Notes under the pieces: generated by a model
What the model was told of the DNA's origin: nothing
Database searches by the model: none
What the model saw: the letters and a program-made list of their open reading frames with translations, nothing else
Shown here: positions 23,931 to 39,800 of the stretch, in pieces
How the letters are laid out: every line of letters begins with the position of its first letter
How positions within the stretch are numbered: the stretch's first letter is position 1
NCBI RefSeq assembly: GCF_964204645.1
Contig: NC_134031.1
Coordinates: 19,785,910 to 19,849,909 of the forward strand
From: Tubulanus polymorphus
Lineage: Eukaryota; Animalia; Nemertea
Length of the DNA: 64,000 bases
Reading direction: 5' to 3'
Made by a program: the position numbers and the translations under genes

Positions 23931-25337
23931 ATGGAAGGAGCTTTTCCTTTACAATGTACCGTCTGTAACAAGGTTTTTAATGGAGCTAACCCAGCAAAAC
24001 ATCATTATGATAGTGACAAACATAAAAGGAGGGCTGGAACGTTTGTTGGTGAAGAAACAAGTAAGAATATCGGCTTGTCTTTCATGAATAATCTTGATGA
24101 TACTAGCAGTGTTACGAGCAGCGAGTACAATGAATTTGTAAATATATCGAACCAAATGGCTTGCTTGAATTTGGGCATCAGAACCCCGAGTGAAGCTGGT
24201 TCCATGATCGCATCGACTGATACAGCCTCATCATTGGGCGTTTCCTCGTCAGGAGCTGCTGCTGCCAGTACTTTCGGGATGTGTAATCTGTGCAATATAC
24301 TTTACACGTCACCAGAAGAAGCTAAGAAGCATTTGAATGGTAAAAAACACCTACAGAAAATGAAAATGGTGAATTTACTACCGGGAGCTAATAACGTTGG
24401 GGCTGATGTTACTATGGTTCAGTCCGCACCATACAGTGCACCAGTTCCGAATCCGACCGTAAGCGTCATGGCATCGCCAACTTCTCCGCTCGGTGCGGGT
24501 CCACAACTGCTTCCTGTTCAAGCAGCGCATGTGGTGGTCGAAACGCCATCGAAACGACGACGATTCTGCGACATTTGCCGCTGTTACCTCGACACAGAAG
24601 AGATGTATGTAATCCACTGCGACAGCCCGAATCACGTCAAGAAAGAGAAGTTGTTCATAAACGAGATGAAACAGCAGAAGAAACTCAAACGGCGAGGTAT
24701 CCAGCACGTGGAAATGGCCAGGCCAGCTGATGATGGAAATAACGCTATATCTAATGCTTCCGCTGTCGTCGCCTCATCAAGACGTGACCAGCAGCAACAT
24801 TTCTGCGACACCTGTTCGTGTTATTTAAACAGCGCCGAGCAGTTGAAACAACATCAAGAAAGTCCACGACATATAAAGCAAGTTGAAATGAAGAAGAGAA
24901 ACGCCGCTTTCCTTAATGGGCATAGCAACGATGGCGTGGCATCAACGGCGGCCGCATCTACAGGTCCACGTTCGAATCCATTGCTCGAACATTATTTACA
25001 AGATCTACGAGAGGCATCGCGACGAAGTGATTCTTTATCGCCGCCGTTTTCGTCAGCCATGTCGTCGATTACCGATAACCGATTCGTTACACCAGAACCC
25101 AGTGTGTTCGGTGACAGCACTGTGGAGCTATTGAATGCCGATCTCCGATCGGTTTCTGAAGTAATGAGGTCCGGTCACGGGGCTGTCGGAGACGGCCGAG
25201 CATCTTCGCTGATGTTACCGAGTATTCCGCCTCCGAGCAGGCTTTCAACATACTCGGACGCGACCGCCTCCGACTTGCACCAGTCTGAAATGTTCGAATT
25301 TTCTTCAAGTTTGTTGAATCGCTTGAACAAAGAATAA
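23931..25337 (+). CDS. Intronless four-finger matrin/JAZ-type zinc-finger protein, copy 2 (468 aa)
   Basis: Intact ORF of the same length as copy 1, with 13 amino-acid differences. Confidence 0.88.
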   Translation: MEGAFPLQCTVCNKVFNGANPAKHHYDSDKHKRRAGTFVGEETSKNIGLSFMNNLDDTSSVTSSEYNEFVNISNQMACLNLGIRTPSEAGSMIASTDTASSLGVSSSGAAAASTFGMCNLCNILYTSPEEAKKHLNGKKHLQKMKMVNLLPGANNVGADVTMVQSAPYSAPVPNPTVSVMASPTSPLGAGPQLLPVQAAHVVVETPSKRRRFCDICRCYLDTEEMYVIHCDSPNHVKKEKLFINEMKQQKKLKRRGIQHVEMARPADDGNNAISNASAVVASSRRDQQQHFCDTCSCYLNSAEQLKQHQESPRHIKQVEMKKRNAAFLNGHSNDGVASTAAASTGPRSNPLLEHYLQDLREASRRSDSLSPPFSSAMSSITDNRFVTPEPSVFGDSTVELLNADLRSVSEVMRSGHGAVGDGRASSLMLPSIPPPSRLSTYSDATASDLHQSEMFEFSSSLLNRLNKE

Positions 25338-26353
25338 GAATAAACGCCACTGACAATTGTCGACACTGATAATTTATGTTGATAGAAAATGTGTCTCTTC
25401 GCTGAACCTCGCTAGAACGATGACCGTGGGAAAATGAAAAGCATCGTACTAACGATTTGATAAAAACAATTCCATAATTAACTCGACGGACAGAGAAATT
25501 TATTGCCTGTGTGGTCAGTACTACCGCGACCAGACAGGATTTGTTTTTAAGATTACTTCAGGCCTGTAGGCCTAATTAAGAGAGATCGTCTCATTTTAAT
25601 TCAGTAAATTTTCACGATATATGAACGAGCTTATATCAAACCGGTACTGTTCAGTCGATGGAATAGGTTTCTTGATGAGTTTTTAATGTAGTAATTATGG
25701 ACCATCGTAAACATTTTTATAGGGAAATCCTATAAGAAAAGCCGGGAATTCTTAGATTCATCGTATTACTGAGGTTTCTTGTTGAAACGTACTAACGAGG
25801 TTCGACTGAGATGTTTAATTTTTTTCAAGTTTTGTTGATCGATTCGCTTGAACATGGCACAATGTTTATGAAAGCTTTATATATATATCTTCTTTAATGT
25901 TTGTAAATTAACACAATAATTGCAGAATCATTAAAATTAAATTCTCTGCGGTGTCAGCTACATCACTTGTGAGCAGGTTGTAAAAATGTTTGAATAAATG
26001 AATACGTTATGTCAGTAGTTTGTCTATTACATACAGCCTTCCGTACACCACTCCAAGCCAGTCCTCGCTCGCCGTGAACTAAACTCCCGAAATCAATTAC
26101 ATAAACAACTAAAATCATATATTTACGATACAAATAGAATTTTATTATTATTATTCACAGTTATTTGTTATGTATCGGCACAAATACATGTAGATAGACA
26201 CACGCCAATACATTCCCCACGTGACGCGAAGCCATTTTCCGTAAATTGGTTTGAAAATGAGCTAAAATAATCAAGTTCTTTTTCCCGATTGTTCACATAT
26301 TTTTTTTCTCATTTTAAACAAACACATTAATGATAAAGAGATTTCTAATGAAA

Positions 26354-28259
26354 CTAGTCCCTGCGCAGCGGTACTCGTTCGGTTTGTACACCGTCTTTAG
26401 AGATGACCTGCACCAGTAGAGTATCTCCGGTGTAAATGTCGCGTTCAGCTGCCGATATAAACACGTCTTTCACGAGAGCGACGGCTTTCTCGCGAGACAA
26501 CGGAACCTGTTCAACACCTTCCATATTCTTGAAATTAATCTGAAATTAGATTGAAATCAATAGTACAGATCCGACGAACAGGTGATACACAGTCAAATGC
26601 CGTCCAGTCGTCACAAATTTTTGAGTCCCAATTCAATTCGTTATAATGTAATCTACAGAATCTGCAGTGGATCAGTCGTTACAGCGAACTTCACGGAACC
26701 AGATACATGTAATATGTTCCTTATAACGGTTCGTTATCCGATGAATAGTTGTAACCGAGTTCGTTATAACGAGGTTCAACTGTAGATGGATAATAGAGTA
26801 AAATGTACCTGGTTGTCGAGTAAAGGCTGTAACATAGAACTGGCAGTTCCAGCAGCGCGACAAGCTTCTCGTTCATACGAACCAACAGGATCAAAACTGA
26901 ATACGCATCCTTTACCTACAAACACAACAAATACGTCAAAGAAAAATACGAAGTTTTTAGCAAATCTGCAGTCTTCAACAAGCATCATTTCAGAATGGAT
27001 ATGTTTGTTCTTTAATACTACATTCACCAGTTGGCCATTTTCCCCCCATTTACTACAAATTCCCTAAGTTTCACCATATATCTATTCCACTCAATTCCTC
27101 AAGGTGAATGGAGAATTTGTGAATAATATGACATATGCATTTTCTCTTCAAAACACTTGCGAATAACTTGTACCTTCTTCGTCGAGTCCAGCAATGATAT
27201 TATAAACATAGAACGGAAAGAAACGTCGATAGTATAACATCGTTGACACCATGGCGGCTACCGCCGGACTGGACATCTTTTTATTGTGTTCATGTTCGTA
27301 AAACTACAACAAAAACTAGCAAAATTACCATTTAAAAACATGATGTTTCATTTATCCAGGTTTCATGAATTTATCAGGAAATAGTTTATTATAACGCCAT
27401 CATTTTTAATGTCACTGCTCATTCTTAACGCCAACAGTTTTCAGAGAACAAAATCTGCTCAATCTAATAAACTCAAACTCAATCTAACTCAAAATCAATT
27501 GAAATACCAATCTTTATAACTCTAAATTTTTAATTGATCCAAACTTTTACTGTATAAACATAGATTGAACTACCTTTAAACGTGCTTCAATTCGTTTCGT
27601 GAATGTTAGGATATCTCCGTGAAAACCAGAACATCCTAATATAGTCTTATCACTCCTGAAATAAACATAAAAACATATATAGGAATACCGTCTATCAATA
27701 GGCGCGAACAAATTCAGCGCTGTTTCACTGATATTTACAGCTGATATGTTTTTGGAGAATCCCTTGTGTAAATGGAAAATCCTTCACTCAAACGCGTGTC
27801 CGAGGCAATCACAGCGAAATCCTCACCTGCCACTGCCAACACAGTCCTAAATACAACAACATTAATATCACGATGTTATTAACTAGGAAATTGAAGAGAG
27901 GTATTTGGAGAAACGGTTTAACTGTACCCATGATTGTGTCCCTGGCCTGGGGAGTGGGGGTCCCAAATCTGGACAAACCAAACCCAACAACGGATCCCTC
28001 TTTGTCAGAAATGCCAATAGAATGTAAACCACTTGGCAAGTATGTTATTTTGGGGGAAAGTAGTAGTTATGCCTAAACTGGGCGAAAGCTCTATGAAGTT
28101 TCACTGTAAACTACTAGTGTGATTTTGCTATAATTTGTCGGTTTTTAATGACTAATTCAGGTCTTTGCGAACTTACCCGCCGTTCATCGTATACGGGGAG
28201 AAATGATGCTGTTTTGGATTAGCTCCATAACCGGCTATTCTTTCTACAGACGCTTGCAT
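26354..28259 (-). CDS. PSMB1: Proteasome subunit beta type-1 (beta6); exons 28259-28177, 27846-27739, 27655-27574, 27303-27174, 26915-26809, 26539-26354
   Basis: Spliced protein reads [107 protein letters not shown]; junction phases are consistent. Confidence 0.96.
26590..26784. mobile_element. Tc1/pogo-like MITE remnant in the last PSMB1 intron
   Basis: Ends ..cgttataacgaggttcaactgta with internal gttata motifs; the same terminus type occurs at 32533-32549 and 22243-22258. Confidence 0.5.
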
Positions 28260-28511
28260 CTCGGCTTGTTTCCGACGATTCAATTCAAAAAATTGCTGAC
28301 AAATCCAATATGGCGGCGCCCTGTGAATGTCCCGGTGCGGCGTAAAAACCTGTGGCGCTTCGGGCAATAAACAAATTTACTTGCATTGAATGAAATGGAT
28401 TCACTCACTCGATTCTCGAGAACACCAAAACACTTCCGGGTTCGTTTTCGGATTTTTCGTCGCTTCAAATCTTAGATTTCATCATCTTTTCGAAATTGAA
28501 TCGTGATAATT
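28260..28511. promoter_or_regulatory. Bidirectional housekeeping promoter shared by PSMB1 and FARSB
   Basis: Divergent ATGs 252 bp apart; YY1-like AATATGGCGG at 28307-28316; ETS/GABP-like CACTTCCGG at 28431-28439; CpG-rich. Confidence 0.75.
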
Positions 28512-33298
<4,787 letters not shown>

Positions 33299-33857
33299 AT
33301 TGTATTTCGCTGATTTTGTTGTGCTAAAGAGATCATGTGGATTAAATTATGATGTATTAACTAAAGTTATGAAATTTTTGTTGTTTTGATTTCGGTAAAT
33401 TATTGAATCAATTTGTTTACGTGATTCAACATGTTTGATAGATTGGATGGTCTTTCTGAGGAGGCCCCAAACTAATAGATGTGTCCCATTTAGATGGCTT
33501 TTTGTATGGAAAAATACAAATATTTCATTTTAACCATTGATGAAACACTGTCCGTACTGTAATTCCTCACAAGATGAGTCCTATTGGAATAAAGTTAAAA
33601 CGTTGAATAAACTACGATGGGCCCTTATAGCTCAAGGAAATATTTCGGTTTTTATTTTCTATCATTAGTGTTGCATTTTACATCAAATGCACACTTGGCC
33701 TTTCTTTTGCTAGGAAATATACGAATTATGTTGATAGCGAGCGGAAGACTCGCCGCGGAGTATAAGTTAGGACCCTCAGAACTGTTAAAACGAGCTGGAG
33801 ACTCGCCGCGTCGCGTGCATCAGCCGCCAACATCTCTAGAACTATCTCTGAAGAGAG

Positions 33858-36800
33858 ATGAAAGTGGAAATAATGGACGATAAACCTTCTGATAAAGGTA
33901 ATTAATTCATCTTTTCTCATTAGATTCTTCATTTTTCATGTGCGCTATAGTTTATAGATTATCGTTAGATTCACTGTTTGTGTTTATTGTAAATGAAAGC
34001 GTCGCAAATTCGATGTTTTGTAGTCGATTTTTCCAAGAAAGTAGTCTGTGATTAAAACGTTCGTTCTGATCCGATTCAATTTTTGCAGCAGTTGTTATTG
34101 TTTTTACCGATTTGCAAGAGGTCCTGCAACTCAGTGTTCATTGACGGTGTGATGTTTGCCAAGCATTCAGATATTTGTTGATGGTTATTCTTAAACATTC
34201 CAAATTGTTAAAATGTTTGTCTACATCCGAGCCAGTAGGCAGTGGTGTTTATTCCCGGCCCTTTATCCATGGTGTGTCAAGGATTCTGGTTTAGGTGGTA
34301 GGGATACTACTGGTGTTCTACAGGTTTCTCAGTCAGTATTTCGCCTTGTCTTTTGTTCACCTCCTAGCGACCAATGGATGTTCCAGACTCCAGAGGCTCC
34401 TCAGCTTGAGCAGAAAACTGCTTGGTTCACTAGCTGTCTCCTGTCAGTCAGTAGCACAACAATCATGGCTTAGTAGATTTTGAGTCCAGTGTATGTCCAT
34501 CTGGGTTAACTATAGATATACCAATCTGATGTTAAACCACTTGGATTTGTCATGACATCAGCACTAAGGTTTAGGCTAGTATCAAGTCATAGCTACCAGT
34601 GACTGTAGTGAAGCACTCTTGCATGCAATTTACTAGGAAAAATGTCTTTATTTCTGAACCACGTATAAGAAAATGTGCTAGGCCTATTTCAATTGATGGA
34701 AAACTCAATCTTTTTGGAGTGATTTTACCCTGTCATAACATATTCGGGCAGTTTATCGCCTACCTAGCTGTTATCTAGGTTATGAACTTAAGTTTAAGGA
34801 GATTTTTTTAGTGGAATATTTTGTATTCATATCATTTATGAACTCGAGGATATTTTTATCATTTGCCTATAGTTTATTTCAAGTGTTTATTCTAAAGGCA
34901 GGTCTTTATTTAGATTGTGAATGCCACTTCTGCCCTCAATGGTCTTCTATCTCAGTTGATAATTACACGCATGAAATCTGTGACCCCGAAGTGCATTCAA
35001 TAAGGGCGGCTGATTTTTTCGCACACTTTGCAAGATACAATGTTTAAGCCAGACGAATAATAAATTATCCGCCTGGAGAACTACCCTCTCAGACATTTGA
35101 TACTTTAAGCACTGTTCTTCAATTTCTTATGGTCAAGGCTTCTCATGACGTGTTCAGTACTTCACCTGAAGTATCTTAAAATCAAAATCAACTACAAACA
35201 CCAGACATTAGGATATTCTAATAGTGCAGTTTCAGCAACTGATTGTCCGCGCTTCGCTTTGCAATGGTAAATGTCGTCCAAAGGGATGATTCTAGGCTGC
35301 AGATTTAAAACAAATGAATTAGATATCAGACAATGCCTGAATACAATACTAATCTGAGGCTAATCTAAATTCAACAATGAACCAAAGTATTTTGTTAACT
35401 GAAATTAGACAGACGGTTCGTAAACACGCCTTTCACCAATTCATTCAGTCATCATAAATAAAAAGAACCATCTCAATATTCAATAGCTATTTTTTCGATG
35501 GTGCTTCGATCATAGATTGAAGGGTTTTGTGGGTACTGCTCGGAAGAGTGTGTGTGAATGACTGTTGTAGAGGAATGTTTCGCAGAATATTTCTTACACG
35601 AATCTCGAAAACCATTGACACGAATCGGTATAGACTGTATTCACTACTCAGTGTAATAGCGTACCAGTCAGTCGGTCGGTCTCCACCCATTGTATTCAGT
35701 TAGTACCGCGCTAGTCTAACTATCTAATACCGGGCGAAGTAGATACTTATTATTATCACTGGTAATGTATTGATGTTTCCTATCGATTTATATCTCGTCT
35801 ATGCTTCTACTGTGCATTCATTTGGTATTTTTTCAAACGCTGAAATCGATTGATTTCTCACCTGTCTCTATCGATAGAAATAAGCTGTTTTTATGCATTT
35901 GTTCCTATTGGGATAATGTGTTAATTCTCGGTTTCGTTTGTTTCTATGGGGAAATAAGATAAAACTAACTAATTGCGTTCGATTGAATTCACTTCAGCTG
36001 ACAATTTGTTCCGATGTTCGTGAGCTTTGTTGTTATACAAAATTCTAAACAATCTGAAGATAGATTTTAGATTAGAGAATCTCCTTATCAGATATAACAT
36101 AATATATCTTTCAAAATTGAAAAATCTCGAGAAAGTGCCGACTTTAGATATATATTGGTTGGTTATATTTGTTGTCTGATTTTTGTCTCTCTCCTTGTTT
36201 CTTCCACAGGCATTGAGGCATTCTGAGAGTGTTGTTGCCGTGTGAATGTGGATCAGATAAGAAGAGAGAGAGAAAGGAGTGAGATGATATTAATAATATA
36301 TCTAAAACGTACAAAAAATCACGCAAAAAAGTTGACTCGAAAGAAACTAGTAAAAAAACTTCCGCATTTACTTAGTGTTAACAACTGAGGATTTTAACAT
36401 TTCTAGATACAGCAGCAGCAGCAGTTAGTGCTGGTCGGGTTATATTCACTGTTCTCAGAGAGCTACCACTCGGTCGGTCGTCGATGTAAAGTTAGTTTTT
36501 GCGGTGTGTATGTACAGCTCACAGTATTGGATATAACAGTTCTACGAACAAAAAGCCTCCTAACGTTTAGCTGTATGCGCCGCGCGCTGAAACAAGTTAC
36601 CGGTAAAATACATTACACTCACACATCAATTGATGCTCGAATCTATATTTATTAATTTGTGACTAGCGTTTGATTGAACGGTCTCTCGCAGACGCCCCGC
36701 GGTCTTTTACGAATCATCAGTAGAAATATTCGTTCTTATTTATCGTTGTTGAAACGAGTCTGGAACGATGAACGAACCGATGACGAACGGACCGACGAGC

Positions 36801-39800
36801 TCGAGTCACGTCGAGTTATTCGTACGCGCCGGACAGGACGGTAAATGTTACGGAGCGTCGCCGTTTTGTCAGCAAGTGTTCATGATCTTGTTGTTGAAAG
36901 CCGACGACGATTCGTTGTCGTTCCGCGTGACGACGGTCAACCCGGCGAAATCGCCGCCCGAGTTCAAGAAGCTGTCGAATCGTCTTCCGACGCTCGTTCA
37001 CGGCAACGAGGTACGTAAAAACTCGGACGAGATCATCGAATACATCGACGAAACGTTTCCGAAACCGTCGCTCGCGTACGACGACCGAAACGCCGAATCC
37101 GTCTGTCTCGAGGTGTTCTCGAAATTCGCGTATTACCTGAAAGAGGTTTCGCGTTCGCCGACGCAGCTAATCACCGAACTCGGTAAAATTAACGAATTCC
37201 TCGACGCGGTCGGAACGCGGTTTCTCTGCGGCGATCATCTCACGCATCTCGATTGTTTGATGTTGCCGAAGCTGCACCACATCCGCGTGACGGTGAAAGC
37301 GTATAAAGACTTCGAGATACCCGCCGAGTTCCGCGCGTTGTGGCGCTACCTGAAGAATGCGTATGAGACGGACACGTTCCAGAAGAGTTGTCCTTCCGAC
37401 CAGGAGATCGTTTATTACTGGTCGGAGAAGCCGGAGACTCCGCAGCTGCCGACGGAGGCCGCTGTGAAATACGCTCCGACTGGAGATCCGTTTTATTCGT
37501 GGGATACACCGCTTTAAACTGCTGCGGAATTATTCGCTTATTCGCGCATCGTGTTTATACAAAACGGCCAAGCTTTACAAGAATTAAACAGCCAAGCTTT
37601 ACAAGAATTAAACAGCCAAGCTTCACAAGAATTAAACTGCCAGGCTTTACAAGAATTAAACAGCCAAGCTTCACGAGAATTTGGAAAAGCGTAAGATTGA
37701 AAAATATAAATGGATTCGACAAGTACGGGAAATACCGCAGGGCCGTACATAGGGAGAGAGTTGCCCCCAGATATTTTGGGATAGAGTACCCTTTTCACAA
37801 ATATTATTGTCATATCTAATAGAATTCACTGATGGTATTGACTTAGCAATTTATTATATAATTGGAAAATCGTTTTTGATTTGAGGTAACTGCCCTATTT
37901 CTGGTTTCTCTGTCCCCCCCCCCCTACATTCGAATGCTGTTTACGGCCCGGGACGGTCATAGAGAAGGGCTTCCGAATATGAAGTCATCAGATGACACAT
38001 TTTACGTGTGAGAGTTGGAGAGGATAGAGAAAAGAGTTTGATGTGGTTTTCGAGATGCTCAATATAGTAGTTTGCTTATACAGCTTCAGTCTGTAGTGAA
38101 GAATGATATTCATATACATAAGTATATTTAATAGTAGCTTTAGATTTCGAATAGAAAGAAATTCATTTACACTTATGAAAGTATTGCACTTTAGTAGATT
38201 AGATCTCTGTAATGTTGGGCAGCATTTGTTGAAGCGACTTTGAATGACTTATCCCAGTAGTAGTTAGTGTTTAGATGCTGGTTATGTTAGAAATACAGCT
38301 CTAACTCACCCTTCGGACATCCACCCAATGATGATCGCTTTTTGAGGTAAAATGTCTAATATCTGGTGTTCCTTTTCAAAATTAAATCTGTGAAAAAAAT
38401 TAGAGGTATTGTTGTATGATGAACGTGTAAAGTATGGAATGTCTGAAAGATCGCAGGGTTAGGTCATTACAGTAACTGTACCCGTAGACTAGTATACCTG
38501 ACCTCCCGCCCAAAACACTTAAACAAAAGTGGGCATCATACAAACTGGGATAGTCAAACATAGCTTCCAGAGAAACCAAGCCCAGTATTTGATTTATTAC
38601 ATAAAGATCTGATTAGTTTAGTTAAAGTTTCTGTTGTCGATGTTTTTATTCATTGATATTTAATTCATCTGTGTTTTTTACGAAGTTGGTTTTTGTGGCA
38701 TTTTGTACAGAAATATTCACATTCTGTCCTGATGTATTTTTCTCTGTGCATTTCATAATCGATTGCTGTATTTATTCCTATATCATTAATAACAGGGTTT
38801 CCAGTGGTCCTTCCAAGTCCTTCTTTTGGAAAAAGTTTGGACAAACATCATCTTTGTCCTTCCTTTTGATGAAAGTCCTTCCGATTTTAATTTTATTTTA
38901 TTACTCAGGCCTGTTAATTCAATTGTCAGTGAGAATGAATATTCTGAAAAATGTAAGACTGGTCTACATGACTATTAGTATTCCGGTGAAGGCATTGCAA
39001 AAAAAGGCCCTCACTTTACTGGAAAGAACTTCTTTCTGAGTCCAAAAGTCCCTCTCTTGGGTCTTAAATTGCCGAAAAGTCCTTCTTAGTACTTCTTTTT
39101 ACCCTGGCCTTACCACTGGAAACCCTGTTAATATTATTATTATTATTATTATTCAATCTTAATCATCAGCTATTGATTGTTTTATGGTTCATCTATTTAA
39201 TGTTTTGTCAGTTTTCTTACTCAGTATTTTAAATACCAGTATAAACTGTCATATATGTTCATCTATTTGATGTTTTGTCAGTTTTCGTACTCAGTATTTT
39301 AAATACCAGTATAAACTGTCATCATATCGTCATGTTTTACCTGTTTATCGAATGTCATATCAATTTTTTTCACTTTATTTTTGACGGGTTAAGATGCATG
39401 CAAGCTAGAAAAAAATGTCCTATGTTTTTCAGTGATCTGAGTTAAGAATTAGAAAAGTATTATTTCTTTATTTATATGTGTATTTTTGTGTCATTAGCCA
39501 AATGATTATTTTTTCAAAACTTTGTCTTCCCTGAATTTTGAATACACTTGTACGGATTGTAATCGGTGCTTATTTTATTTCACTATGTAATACATTTACC
39601 AGTAATGAAATATGTAATGCGTTAATGTTAAAAATAAGTGATGTCACCAATGCAGGTATTGATCTCCTGCCTAGGGTTATTCCTGATATCAAGTATTTGT
39701 ACATGGAGTAAATTTTTCATTGAAAATGTCCTGGATCCAGTTCCGCAGTTGTGAGTTAGAAATTCAAGTTGAGAGTTAACTCCAAGTAGTAATTAGTTGT

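Larger units (their letters stand above)
18694..25809 (+). repeat. Tandem segmental duplication, two ~3.55-kb copies (18694-22255 and 22256-25809), about 99% identical by eye
   Basis: tgaaatagctatagatttactaaaatccaagatcag starts at both 18694 and 22256; both copies end ..aacgaggttcgactga; 3-bp TGA microhomology at the junction; ORFs are duplicated in the ORF track. Confidence 0.97.

Noticed and set aside
37388-37819. 143-aa ORF with repeated KQPSFTRI, and its antisense ORF
   Set aside because: Open only because the 24-bp tandem repeat has no stop; it overlaps the CLIC end out of frame.
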